From Candidatus Woesearchaeota archaeon (GTDB taxonomy: Archaea > Nanobdellota > Nanobdellia > SCGC-AAA011-G17 > UBA489), in contig CAYFOE010000004.1 in assembly GCA_964344635.1 (NCBI GenBank), positions 279 through 64,278 on the forward strand: a DNA stretch of 64,000 nt, read 5' to 3'. This document shows, one piece after another, positions 28,433 through 38,624 of the stretch. Below the pieces are notes generated by a model. The model ran no database searches. It saw only the letters and a list, made by a program, of their open reading frames with translations, and was not told where the DNA came from. Every line of letters starts with the position of its first letter. The stretch's first letter is position 1. Position numbers and translations under genes: made by a program.

Positions 28433-29540
28433 AGTGAAGCCGGTTTTTGGAGCACACCAGATTTATCAAGAAATTGTAAATTACCCTCCAAAAAACGTAG
28501 AATATGTTGGAGTTTCCAGTCAAACCTCTGAAGGAAACTATTATCAAAATAAAAAATGGAAGGAATTTTTAAACAGAGTTTCACAGAGACTCAACATTCC
28601 TCGGATGATCTTCGTCAAAGGAGAGGATTATGATATAATACACACATCTAGAGGGATAATTCCCTTAAATCGTAAACCCTGGGTTATGGATGTGGAACAT
28701 TTCTATTCCTTTATGGGATTACACTCAAAAGCTGTTGAAAATAAATTTATCAAAAAATTCATTGAGTGGAGACTTGGATCAAAATATTGCAAGGCAATCC
28801 TATGCCATTGCGATGCCACACTTAAAGGATTCTTGAAACACTTCAATTGTGAAAAGTTTAAGCATAAGCTGAAAGTAGTTTACCCTTCATCCCATCTAAC
28901 TGAAATCAAAAAAGAAAAGCATAATAAAATTAGAATCTTATGCGTTTTAAGTCTGTTTGAACAAAAAGGCGGAGTTCAGGTTCTTGACGCCTTTTCAAAA
29001 CTCGAAAAAAAACACAAAAACATCGAGCTATGGATGAGGGCAGATGTGCCTGAAGGAACGAAGAGAAAGTATAACTCTAAGAATATTAAATATTCAAGTT
29101 ATTCCGGAGACATCATACCAAGAGAAGAATTAATAAAAAAAGTTTATTCTAAATGTGACATTTTCCTATATCCTACATTATGCGATAGTTTTGGTTATAG
29201 TTTAATGGATGGAATGGTTGCAGGATTGCCCATAATCGGGACCAATCTATTTGCAGTTCCAGAAGTTGTAGAACATGGAAAAACTGGTTTGATAGTTGAC
29301 ATTCCAGGATATGATCTACATAAAAACTATATTCAAGAACATCCAGTTGCAGAATTAGTTGGAAAAAGCAACGAAAAATTCATTGAAGACCTGGAAAAAG
29401 CAATGGAGAAATTAATATCAAATAGTACATTGAGAAAGAAAATGGCGAAAGCAAGTTATGAAAGGGTCAAATCTGGAGAATTTTCCATTGATTTTAGAAA
29501 TAAACAAATAATCAAAGCATATGAAACCTGCCTAAAATGA
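28422..29540 (+). CDS. GT4 glycosyltransferase
   Basis: KGG, DIFLYP, DSFGYSLMDGMVAGLPII (D-for-E variant of the EX7E motif). Confidence 0.85.
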   Translation: MKIRVKPVFGAHQIYQEIVNYPPKNVEYVGVSSQTSEGNYYQNKKWKEFLNRVSQRLNIPRMIFVKGEDYDIIHTSRGIIPLNRKPWVMDVEHFYSFMGLHSKAVENKFIKKFIEWRLGSKYCKAILCHCDATLKGFLKHFNCEKFKHKLKVVYPSSHLTEIKKEKHNKIRILCVLSLFEQKGGVQVLDAFSKLEKKHKNIELWMRADVPEGTKRKYNSKNIKYSSYSGDIIPREELIKKVYSKCDIFLYPTLCDSFGYSLMDGMVAGLPIIGTNLFAVPEVVEHGKTGLIVDIPGYDLHKNYIQEHPVAELVGKSNEKFIEDLEKAMEKLISNSTLRKKMAKASYERVKSGEFSIDFRNKQIIKAYETCLK

Positions 29541-30610
29541 AAATTGAATTATTAAATGAAGAAAACAAAGAACTTTTGGAAGATTTCCTAAATAAGAATA
29601 AGGATAAAAGAGTTCAACATTCCCTAAAGTTTAGGGACGTCATTAAAAAAACCTACAAAAATTGCAAAGATTATTATTTTTTAGTTATTGAGAAAAAAAA
29701 GGTTGTAGGTTATGCTCCATTTATTTTAGTAAAAAGCAGATTATTCGGCAATAGATTAATTTCAATTCCTTTTTTAGATGTAGGAGGTTTTTTAGGGAAA
29801 GTTGATGATCACTGCTTAGAAGAAATTATTCGTTTTGCAAAAAATCTAGAAAACATAAAGTATTTGGAAGTAAGATTGAATGAATCCATTAAAGATTTTG
29901 AGAGCTACATTGGTTTGCTTAAAAGAGGAAATTTTGTTTCCTTCGAAGATAAAAAACAATCCATTGTAGAACTCAGCTCTGAAGAGGAAATGTGGTCTAA
30001 ATTTCACAAACATACTAGAAATGATGTTAGAATGTCTGAAAAATCCGGTTTAGAACTAAAAGAAATTGATTCTAGCAAGGAAATGAGAAGGTTTTATGCA
30101 CTCTACTCGAAACAAATGAAGTATTTTGGAACACCGCCTCATTCTAAAAATTACTTCATGAATTTATTGGACAAAAAAGAACATATATTCAAAGGATTTA
30201 ACTGCTACAAAGACAACAAGATTGCAGGATCCATCATTCTTCTACACTATGGAATTGAAGGTTATGTTGCATTCAATGTTTCTGAACCAAAATTTAGATC
30301 ATGTAGGCCTAATGATCTGCTTTATTGGAACGCCATAAAGTGGTGTATTTCTAAGGGAATAAAAAATCTTGACATGGGACAAATCAATCCAGACTTCGAC
30401 ACAGATCCTCGTTCTAAAGGATTGTACAAATTTAAGAGAAAATGGATGTCTGAATTATACACAAGAAAATATTATAGGTATAATTTTGGAAAAGAATCTA
30501 GTGTTTCTGGAAAAAACAAGTTGAAGAAACTTAGGAATATCTGGAAACTCTTACCTAATTTCCTGACTAAAATAATTGGCCCCAAGATCTGTTCTGAGAT
30601 GGGAATTTAA
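29537..30610 (+). CDS. FemAB-like GNAT (aminoacyl)transferase
   Basis: Tandem GNAT pattern; HTRNDVRMSEK, FGTPPHSKNYF, PNDLLYW, GLYKFKRKW. Confidence 0.8.
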   Translation: MKIELLNEENKELLEDFLNKNKDKRVQHSLKFRDVIKKTYKNCKDYYFLVIEKKKVVGYAPFILVKSRLFGNRLISIPFLDVGGFLGKVDDHCLEEIIRFAKNLENIKYLEVRLNESIKDFESYIGLLKRGNFVSFEDKKQSIVELSSEEEMWSKFHKHTRNDVRMSEKSGLELKEIDSSKEMRRFYALYSKQMKYFGTPPHSKNYFMNLLDKKEHIFKGFNCYKDNKIAGSIILLHYGIEGYVAFNVSEPKFRSCRPNDLLYWNAIKWCISKGIKNLDMGQINPDFDTDPRSKGLYKFKRKWMSELYTRKYYRYNFGKESSVSGKNKLKKLRNIWKLLPNFLTKIIGPKICSEMGI

Positions 30611-30612
30611 AA

Positions 30613-31200
30613 TTATTCTTCAAACCCTGGCCTAGAGACGTAACCTTTTTTTATTTTTTCCTGATCTTTCTTTTTTGCCCTTAGAATTAGTCTAATTTCA
30701 GCAATCCCTCCAATCAATGAACCAAATCTATCTGAAATAATGTAGTTTCTATTAATCAACCAATCTAATATCTTCCAAAGGAAAGGATGATTGTTATGCG
30801 GAGAATACTTTAATCTCTTATATATACAATCAAACTGATTATGGAAGTAATCAAAACTAATTGTAGTAAATGTTTTGTAATGTTCCGGACAACTCCAGCT
30901 TGTGAACCCAGTGTAATGGGGAACAATGATTTTTACTTTTGCTTTGTCTTTACAAACTCTCCAAATTTCATTCATTATAGCACAAGTATCTGGGAGATGT
31001 TCAATTATGTTTTCTGCATAAACCATGTCGAATTGGTTATCTTTAATCGGCCAAGGAGTTTTTCTTAAATCCCAAACCAAATCAGGATTTGACGCAGGAT
31101 TAAGATCTATCCTAAACTCATGGTCTTTGTGGTAATCCATTTCACCACAACCTAGGTTCAGTACAGTTTTTTTAGTTGCAATCGGTTTTTTTGCTTTCAT
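30613..31200 (-). CDS. Small class I SAM-dependent methyltransferase
   Basis: LNLGCG, DLVWDL, AENIIEHL, EIWRVCK. Confidence 0.8.
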   Translation of the reverse strand: MKAKKPIATKKTVLNLGCGEMDYHKDHEFRIDLNPASNPDLVWDLRKTPWPIKDNQFDMVYAENIIEHLPDTCAIMNEIWRVCKDKAKVKIIVPHYTGFTSWSCPEHYKTFTTISFDYFHNQFDCIYKRLKYSPHNNHPFLWKILDWLINRNYIISDRFGSLIGGIAEIRLILRAKKKDQEKIKKGYVSRPGFEE

Positions 31201-31253
31201 CTTTTTAGACCGGGATTAGTTAGATTTAAAAATATTCCTCCTGTTTTAAAATT

Positions 31254-32048
31254 ATGTCTTTTGTTTTTAGAGTGGATTTAGAATCGTCTAAAGGTATCTC
31301 TGAAGGGCTGCCAAGGCTGTTGGACCTATTGAAAGAATATGATTTTAAAGCTAGTTTCTACTTAACCATGGGCGGCGAATCCAATTTATTCGAGATCCTG
31401 AAGTATAGGGGTGGAAACAAAGGATTTAGTGAAAGAAAGATTAAAGTGTTTAGTTTTTTTGAGAAACTGAGAATGGTTTTGTTTCCAAGAGACTTTGTTA
31501 AAAATAATAGCTCTATTCTGAAAAGAATTATTGAAGAAGGACACGAATTAGGAATCCATGGATGGAAACATAGAAGATGGACAAGAGGCCTAGAAAAGAT
31601 AAATATTGCAAAAGATTTAGATTTAGCTATAGAAAAGTATACTTCTCTATTTGGGAAAAAACCTACTAGTTTTGCATCTCCTGCATTTAGGATAAATGAA
31701 CAAGTGCTAAGTGAATTAAAAAAGCGAAATATAAATATCATAAGTCATTCTTCTTCAGACATAAAAGTTCCTAAAGGTATGATTAACATTCCAGTTACAA
31801 TTAAAGGAAGGAATAATTCTCCGATTATTGAGAGCATGACTGAAGAAAATTATTCAGATGTTGAAATTTTAGGCTACATCAAAAGTGAAATTAAAAAAAA
31901 TAAAATATCTGTGGTGTATGTTCACGGATTGTATGAATGCATACAAAGGCTAGATCTGATAAAAAACATTCTTGAACATTTAAAGAACTCTAAAACACCC
32001 GTTAAAACTATTGAGGAGATTGCAAATGAAAATCCTACAAATAACTAG
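31254..32048 (+). CDS. Polysaccharide deacetylase (ArnD/NodB-like)
   Basis: RVDLE, ASFY, HELGIHGWKH, FASPAF, VYVHG motifs. Confidence 0.85.
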   Translation: MSFVFRVDLESSKGISEGLPRLLDLLKEYDFKASFYLTMGGESNLFEILKYRGGNKGFSERKIKVFSFFEKLRMVLFPRDFVKNNSSILKRIIEEGHELGIHGWKHRRWTRGLEKINIAKDLDLAIEKYTSLFGKKPTSFASPAFRINEQVLSELKKRNINIISHSSSDIKVPKGMINIPVTIKGRNNSPIIESMTEENYSDVEILGYIKSEIKKNKISVVYVHGLYECIQRLDLIKNILEHLKNSKTPVKTIEEIANENPTNN

Positions 32049-33150
32049 CAGCTTCTTACCTGTACTAGGCGGTCAGGAAAAAGTAGTTTTTGAAACCGCA
32101 AAAAGACTCACGAAACTAGGACACGAAGTTACAGTTTTAACCACAGATCTTTTTTGTGAAGGCGAAAATTTACCCATTAAAGAAACAATGGATGGATTTA
32201 ATATAATTCGTCTTAAAAATAAATTTTTATTGAAAGGTTATGGTTATTCGTCTGAGGCAAAAAAATGGTTGAAGGAAAATTGGAAAAATTACGATTTAGT
32301 TCATTCTCATGGTTATAATCGCTTTTTGAGCGAGTGGGCTATATTTTATTTGCGTAACAAATTACCCTTGGTTTTTTCCCCTCATGGATTTAGGCATACA
32401 AAAAAAAATTTTCTGGCAAAATCATTACATGACTGTACTGTTGGGAGATTTGTGAAATTTGCAGATAAATGTACAGCATTAACAGAAAAAGATTACGAGT
32501 TTTATAATGGCCTAGGAATCTCAGAGAAGAATATTGTAGACTTACACAACGGTGTAGACATAGAAAAATTTGATGAAAAAAATCAAAATCTTATCAATAA
32601 ACTAAGAAAAAAATACAACCTGATGGGTCAAACGTTACTGTATGTTGGAAGAATTCATGAAAGCAAAGGATTGCAATATGTAATCAAAACATTGAGATCT
32701 CTAGATTGCAAACTTCTTATTGTTGGAAAAGACTACGGATACAAGAGTGAACTTGAAAAACAAATTAAGATCGAAAAAGTTCAAGATAAGGTAGTTTTTG
32801 CAGGACAAATGTCCGACGAAGAGCTTATCGCATCATACCACCTTTCAGATATTTTTGTTTTATTTTCGGAATGGGAAGGATTTGGAATAGTGATTGTAGA
32901 GGCAATGGCTGCAGGAATCCCCTTAGTGGTAAGTAATAGAGGTTCTTTACCGAGCCTTGTGGGGGATGGTGTTGAAGGCTTTGTAGTTCCTTTTAAAGAC
33001 GTAGGATTGCTTGAAGACAGATTAAAGATCTTGTTAAATTCTAAAAAGAAAATGCAAGAGTTGGGGGCGAAAGCTAAACTTTCTTCTAAAAATTATTCAT
33101 GGGATAAAATAATAAAAAATCTGTTGAAAATCTACGATTCTGTAAAATAG
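32026..33150 (+). CDS. GT4 glycosyltransferase
   Basis: GGQE, YVGRI...KGL, EGFGIVIVEAMAAG; start set at ATG 32026 after GAGGAG. Confidence 0.9.
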   Translation: MKILQITSSFLPVLGGQEKVVFETAKRLTKLGHEVTVLTTDLFCEGENLPIKETMDGFNIIRLKNKFLLKGYGYSSEAKKWLKENWKNYDLVHSHGYNRFLSEWAIFYLRNKLPLVFSPHGFRHTKKNFLAKSLHDCTVGRFVKFADKCTALTEKDYEFYNGLGISEKNIVDLHNGVDIEKFDEKNQNLINKLRKKYNLMGQTLLYVGRIHESKGLQYVIKTLRSLDCKLLIVGKDYGYKSELEKQIKIEKVQDKVVFAGQMSDEELIASYHLSDIFVLFSEWEGFGIVIVEAMAAGIPLVVSNRGSLPSLVGDGVEGFVVPFKDVGLLEDRLKILLNSKKKMQELGAKAKLSSKNYSWDKIIKNLLKIYDSVK

Positions 33151-33225
33151 TTGTTTCTTCTTAGTAGTTACAGATGGAAAAACTTATAAACAAGAATTTC
33201 ATTCTTAGAGCCATAGGAGCGACCT

Positions 33226-33876
33226 ATGAAGATAATTACGTTGGGAGCAGGTGAACAAGGAAGAGTTGTTAAGGACCTGCTAGAGGACATTGCAGAGCAT
33301 GAATTTTATGGTTTTTTAGACGACAGTCTAAAAGGCAAAGTTGACGGAGCACCCATTCTAGGAAAATCCGACAATATTGAAAATTACCTAGGTTCAGATT
33401 ATTCATTTATCATAGCATTAGGAAACAACCATCACAGAGCCAAACTTTTTGAAAGAATAGAAAAACTGGGAGGAAACCTTGAAACAATAATTCATCCCAC
33501 AGCAAGAATCTCCAAAGACGCACACCTTGAGAAAGGGTGTTTCTTAGGCTATCAAGCATTTGTAGCTAACGGAGTTCGTGTTGGAAAAGGAGCAATACTA
33601 GACAACCGTTCAACAATAGAGCATGACTGTAACATTGGAGACTACGTAAACATCTCTCCTGGAAGCCTACTGGTTAGCGGAAACAACAGAGGCAGATATT
33701 CACACACAGGAGCAAGCTCAACTATCGGCGAAGATGTCTCAGTTGGTGAAAACTGCATTATAGGTACCGGTTCTTTAGTTCTTAGTGATGTTCCGGACTC
33801 CCGTGTTGCTTTTGGCCACCCCGCCAAAATCAAAGGAGAAGTAAGCCCTACAGGCGAGCATAGATTGTATAAGTAA
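33226..33876 (+). CDS. PglD/NeuD-type sugar O/N-acetyltransferase
   Basis: GAGEQG Rossmann start, ALGNN..R, IIHP, EHD, hexapeptide repeats, GHPAK. Confidence 0.9.
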   Translation: MKIITLGAGEQGRVVKDLLEDIAEHEFYGFLDDSLKGKVDGAPILGKSDNIENYLGSDYSFIIALGNNHHRAKLFERIEKLGGNLETIIHPTARISKDAHLEKGCFLGYQAFVANGVRVGKGAILDNRSTIEHDCNIGDYVNISPGSLLVSGNNRGRYSHTGASSTIGEDVSVGENCIIGTGSLVLSDVPDSRVAFGHPAKIKGEVSPTGEHRLYK

Positions 33877-33907
33877 AATTTATATACCCTATAGGAAGCG
33901 TTATTTT

Positions 33908-35056
33908 ATGACCTGGTCAATTCCCTTATTTAAATCTTGGTCAGACGAGCAAGATGTTGAAAGTGTTTCAGAAGTTATTAGAAGAGCAACCTACTGGGCA
34001 GTCGGTCCAGAAATAGACTCCTTTGAAAAATCAATAGCAGACTACACTAAAACAAACTATGCACTATCTTACAATTCCGGAACTTCAGCTTTAACCTCCG
34101 CATTCTTAGCAATAGATATCAAAGATAAAGAAGTGATTGTACCCTCATTTACATTTGTATCCAACGTTAGTCCAGTTGTTTTAGCTGGAGGAATCCCAGT
34201 ATTTGCAGACTCAGAAAAAGACACATTTGGTTTGAGTTATGAAGATGTAAAAAATAAAATCACCGATAAGACCTGTGCAATCGTAGCATTCCATTACGGA
34301 GGAATTCCTTCAAAAGACATTGAAAAAATAAGAGACCTTGCCAAAGAAAAAAACATCTTATTGGTCGAAGATGCAGCAGAATCAATTGGATCATTAGTGA
34401 ACGGTAAAATGGTTGGTTCCTTCGGAGATATTGGAATGTTTAGTTTATGCCAGAATAAAGTTATTTCCTCAGGCGAAGGCGGACTTTTAGTAACATCTTC
34501 CAAAGAACTATATGAAAAATGCAAACTTTTGAGATCACACGGAAGATTAGAACACGCAGAAGATTACTTTTCAACAAACGAAGACAACGACTATGTTTGT
34601 TTTGGCCACAATTACAGAATGTCATCTATATCTGCAACCCTAGGAAACTCTCAATTGAAAAAAATAGACATGCTAATTGAAAAAAGAAGAGAGATTGCAC
34701 AAAAATACGACGAAGGCTTTTCAGAAATAACAGAAATAACAGTTCCGAAAAGATTAGACGGACACTTCCAAGTTTTTCAAATGTACTCGATTAGGTTACT
34801 CGACCAAAAAATAAGAGACGGACTACAAAATTACCTTACTGAAAAAGGAATCATGTCCAAAGTCTACTTTAATCCCGTGCACCTCAAAACAGCATTTGTA
34901 AAAAATTATCCAGCACCAGAATGTGGACTCCCAGTAGTTATGGAATTGTCCCAGACTGTATTGAATATTCCTCTTTATCCAAGTATGACTTCGGATGAGG
35001 TAAAAACTGTGATCGAAACGGTTTGTAACTACTTTAAGAATGGCGGTGAAAAATAA
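33908..35056 (+). CDS. DegT/DnrJ/EryC1/StrS sugar aminotransferase
   Basis: NSGTSAL, VPSFTF, EDAAES, FSLCQNKVISSGEGG (PLP Lys), GHNYRM. Confidence 0.9.
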   Translation: MTWSIPLFKSWSDEQDVESVSEVIRRATYWAVGPEIDSFEKSIADYTKTNYALSYNSGTSALTSAFLAIDIKDKEVIVPSFTFVSNVSPVVLAGGIPVFADSEKDTFGLSYEDVKNKITDKTCAIVAFHYGGIPSKDIEKIRDLAKEKNILLVEDAAESIGSLVNGKMVGSFGDIGMFSLCQNKVISSGEGGLLVTSSKELYEKCKLLRSHGRLEHAEDYFSTNEDNDYVCFGHNYRMSSISATLGNSQLKKIDMLIEKRREIAQKYDEGFSEITEITVPKRLDGHFQVFQMYSIRLLDQKIRDGLQNYLTEKGIMSKVYFNPVHLKTAFVKNYPAPECGLPVVMELSQTVLNIPLYPSMTSDEVKTVIETVCNYFKNGGEK

Positions 35057-36453
35057 TGATATCAGTTGAAGAAAGAAAAAAAAGATTTGAAAGTTCCATG
35101 GTCAGCCAAGACTTTTCTGTAAAAGAAGTAATGGCCCAAATAGACAGATCAGGATTCAAAACATCCTTTATTGTAGATGGCAACAAAAAATTACTCGGAG
35201 TAGTTACCGATGGAGACATCAGAAGATTTTTATTAAAAGGAGGAAGTTCAGAAAGCAAAATTAACGAAGTAATGAACACCTCTTTTTATTCCGTTAAGAG
35301 TAAAAACGAGATTGATAGTGCTCGTGTCGGAGACTTAGCGGTTACAGCACTACCTCAGATAAATAACGAAGGCCAGCTGATCGATTTTTTTGTTTTCTCA
35401 TATGACACTAAAGAATTCTTAAGCTACCTTAATGACTCTATTCAAGAAAGACCAATAAACAAAGTGTTAGTAGTCGGAGGAGCAGGATACCTCGGATCAA
35501 TCTTATGTAAAAAATTACTAGGGAAAGGATACTCAGTTAGAGTTTTAGATTCATTATTATTTGGGGACGAGTCAATAAAAGACTTAACAGATAACCCCCA
35601 ATTTGAATTAATAGTAGGAGACATGAGAGATATAAGTGTGGTAATGCAATCAGTAGAGGGCGTTGACGCAGTAGTCCATCTTGCAGCAATAGTTGGAGAT
35701 CCAGCTTCAGCACTTAACCCTGCAAAAACTATTGAAGTAAACTATCTTGCAACAAAGCTAATCGCAGATGTTTGTAAGTATAGCCAGATTAACAAATTCA
35801 TCTTTGCTTCAACATGCAGTGTTTACGGTGCACAGCTACCAGAAGATGAAGGATTCTTGACCGAAGAATCTTCATTAAATCCAGTTTCATTATATGCAGA
35901 AATGAAAATTATGTCTGAAAAAGCATTAATGGAAATGAGAGATAGAAATTTTGCACCCACTATTTTGAGAATGGGAACACTCTACGGTTTATCTCCCAGA
36001 ATGAGATTCGATCTTGTAGTAAATATTTTGACTGCAAAAGCAAAATTTGACGGAGAATTCACTATCATGGGTGGCGATCAATGGAGGCCGTTTGTGGAAG
36101 TTGGAGATGCAGCAGATGCTTATGTGAAATGTATAGAAGCTCCTTTCGAAAAAGTTGGCGGAGAAAGTTTTAACGTAGGCGGCGACAAGCAAAACATGAT
36201 GATTAAAGAAGTTGGAGACTTAGTTAAGAACCTGATACCCACTGCAAAATTGAACACTAATAAAACTGATGTAGACAGAAGAGACTACAAAGTTTCCTTT
36301 AAAAAAATTACAGATATTCTAGACTACATTCCTAAAAAAAGCATGGAAGAGTCAATAAAAGAAATGGAAGCAGCTATAGACTCTAAGAAAATTGTAGACT
36401 ATACTCTAAAAATCTACAACAACTACCATCACTTAAAGAACGAGGCAGAGTGA
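35056..36453 (+). CDS. CBS-pair plus extended SDR NDP-sugar epimerase/dehydratase fusion
   Basis: N-terminal LLGVVTDGDIRR CBS domains; GGAGYLGS, HLAAIVGD, STCSVYG, YAEMK, QWRPF. Confidence 0.85.
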   Translation: MISVEERKKRFESSMVSQDFSVKEVMAQIDRSGFKTSFIVDGNKKLLGVVTDGDIRRFLLKGGSSESKINEVMNTSFYSVKSKNEIDSARVGDLAVTALPQINNEGQLIDFFVFSYDTKEFLSYLNDSIQERPINKVLVVGGAGYLGSILCKKLLGKGYSVRVLDSLLFGDESIKDLTDNPQFELIVGDMRDISVVMQSVEGVDAVVHLAAIVGDPASALNPAKTIEVNYLATKLIADVCKYSQINKFIFASTCSVYGAQLPEDEGFLTEESSLNPVSLYAEMKIMSEKALMEMRDRNFAPTILRMGTLYGLSPRMRFDLVVNILTAKAKFDGEFTIMGGDQWRPFVEVGDAADAYVKCIEAPFEKVGGESFNVGGDKQNMMIKEVGDLVKNLIPTAKLNTNKTDVDRRDYKVSFKKITDILDYIPKKSMEESIKEMEAAIDSKKIVDYTLKIYNNYHHLKNEAE

Positions 36454-36454
36454 A

Positions 36455-37891
36455 GTGGACTTCAAAGAGATAAGATCTCTAGAGAGGCACTTTGGAAAAC
36501 ACCTTAATTACAAAGGACTAAATCTTTGGAAATTCATTGATGTTGCATTGTACTACAAATTTCTCTCTGAGGAAAATTCTCCCAATATTGCCGAAAGATT
36601 AATGGCAAAACTGACACCCATCTTGTTTAAGATACAACAAACAAAAAGAAGTCGCTTCAAAACTCCACCTAACAAATCCAAAAGCGAAGTTCTTTTTTTA
36701 CCCTTTGCCAAAACCCATTTAGGGACGTTTAAGCCAGTTCTAGAAAAGTTAGACTCATACAAAGTTGTGATAAAAGATAGTCTAGCGAATTATAATACTC
36801 GAGATTATATTGAAGAATTAGGCATACCCTATTCCTGGATCGAATTTTATGCAGACAGGACATTTAATGACGAAATCAAAAAAATAAAAAAATGGGTTAA
36901 ATCTGCATGGAATGACATTTCAAATGATAAAAAAATAAGAGAACTTTTTGATAAAAAATCCTATTTGGAAGGAGCATTAAAATATTTCCTAGTTGATCGG
37001 AAACGTTTGGTCGAGATCATAAGTTACATAGAACTTATTGAAAGAATGTATTCAAAAGAAAAACCTAAGTTGGTGGTGGTTGCAGACGAACATACAGATT
37101 TTGGAAACATCGCAATAACTCTCGCAAAAAAAAGGGGTATCAAAACCTTAAACATACAACACGGTTCAATAATCAACAATGAAATTGTAAAATCTGAACT
37201 AAAACCGGACCTCACAGCAGTCTTTAGTCCAAAAGATAAGCAATTTTTAGTTGATCAAGGCTTAGATGCTAAAAAAATAAAGGTTACAGGCAAGCCAGAA
37301 TATGATGCTTTGCTAGATAAAAATTTAGATAGATCTAAAGAATGTAAGAGATTTGGATTAAACCCTAACAAAAAGATCTGCCTTTTTGCCACACAGTATG
37401 GAATTAACAAACAAGACGAGATTGCTATCAAAAAAATTAAAAACTTCGTTTTTGAAACCTTTCAGAAAAGAGACGATTTACAACTAATAATTAAAACTCA
37501 CCCTTCAGATAAACAAGATTATTCTCCTTATATCTCAGATAGGGTCAAAGTGGTAAATAACTCAGAATTTAACAAAATCTTGTTAAACTTAAGCGATGTA
37601 ATAATGACTGTTTCATCAACTATCGCTCTTGAAGGAGTTATTTGTGACAAACCATTAATCATTGTTAATCGAGGCCAAGACATTTACTATGTCGATGAAG
37701 GTGTGGCTTTGAAAGCAACAAATGGAAACGAATTAAGTGAATCATTGGACTTTGTTTTTAAAGACAGAAAGACCGCAAGGGATTTAAAGAAGAATAGGAC
37801 TATCTTCAAATACAACTATGCATACAAACTCGATGGAAAAACTGTCGAAAGAGTTTTAGGTTTAATTAAAAAACTTGTAAAAAATGATTGA
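36455..37891 (+). CDS. GT-B fold transferase, candidate CMP-nonulosonate transferase
   Basis: IQHG, TGKPEYD, IKTHP (HP motif as in sialyltransferases), SSTIALEG; immediately upstream of neuA. Confidence 0.6.
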   Translation: MDFKEIRSLERHFGKHLNYKGLNLWKFIDVALYYKFLSEENSPNIAERLMAKLTPILFKIQQTKRSRFKTPPNKSKSEVLFLPFAKTHLGTFKPVLEKLDSYKVVIKDSLANYNTRDYIEELGIPYSWIEFYADRTFNDEIKKIKKWVKSAWNDISNDKKIRELFDKKSYLEGALKYFLVDRKRLVEIISYIELIERMYSKEKPKLVVVADEHTDFGNIAITLAKKRGIKTLNIQHGSIINNEIVKSELKPDLTAVFSPKDKQFLVDQGLDAKKIKVTGKPEYDALLDKNLDRSKECKRFGLNPNKKICLFATQYGINKQDEIAIKKIKNFVFETFQKRDDLQLIIKTHPSDKQDYSPYISDRVKVVNNSEFNKILLNLSDVIMTVSSTIALEGVICDKPLIIVNRGQDIYYVDEGVALKATNGNELSESLDFVFKDRKTARDLKKNRTIFKYNYAYKLDGKTVERVLGLIKKLVKND

Positions 37892-38612
37892 CGGAAAAAA
37901 AATTATATCAATAATTCCTGCAAGAGGTGGCTCAAAAAGAATAATTGGAAAAAACATAATTAAAATCGGAGGGAAACCCTTAGTATACCACTCCATCAGG
38001 CATTCTCTTCAATCAGAATTTATTGATAGAACAATTGTATCTACAGACGATCCTGAAATAAAAAAAATAGCATTAAAATACGGTGCAGAAGTTTTTGATC
38101 GCCCAAGAAAATATTCAGGAGATAAAGCAAGCACATTAAGTGTTTTGAAAAACGTGATATCTCAACTTAGAACTAAGGAAAAATATGATCCTGACATGGT
38201 GGTGTTACTGCAACCAACTTCTCCTATCAGGCAAGAAGGTCGCATAGATCAAGCAATAAGACTCTACATTTCTAAAGGCGCAGATATGGTTGTTTCTGTT
38301 GAAGAAAGATCACTAGAACCTAGATGGATTTTGAAAGAAGAATCTAACCGCCAACTAGGATTTATGCAAAAGAACGATTTTTCTAGAGTGAGAGAACAAG
38401 ATCAGAAAAAATATTATGAGTTGAATGGTTCTATAACTATGTACTCCACAGAATTAATGATGAGTACCGAAAAATATGTTTTTGGAAAGAAAACCTATCC
38501 CTTAGTGATGTCTAAGATTGAATCTTTTCAATTAGATACTCAAGAAGATTTGAAAATAATCAGAAAATTTTTAGGCCATTTTTGGAAGAAAAAGTTTATA
38601 AGCAATCAATAG
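37884..38612 (+). CDS. neuA: CMP-nonulosonate synthetase (acylneuraminate cytidylyltransferase)
   Basis: IIPARGGSKRI.GKN, VSTDD, LQPTSP.R, YELNGS, LDTQED. Confidence 0.9.
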   Translation: MIDGKKIISIIPARGGSKRIIGKNIIKIGGKPLVYHSIRHSLQSEFIDRTIVSTDDPEIKKIALKYGAEVFDRPRKYSGDKASTLSVLKNVISQLRTKEKYDPDMVVLLQPTSPIRQEGRIDQAIRLYISKGADMVVSVEERSLEPRWILKEESNRQLGFMQKNDFSRVREQDQKKYYELNGSITMYSTELMMSTEKYVFGKKTYPLVMSKIESFQLDTQEDLKIIRKFLGHFWKKKFISNQ

Positions 38613-38624
38613 AGACTCTCTACT

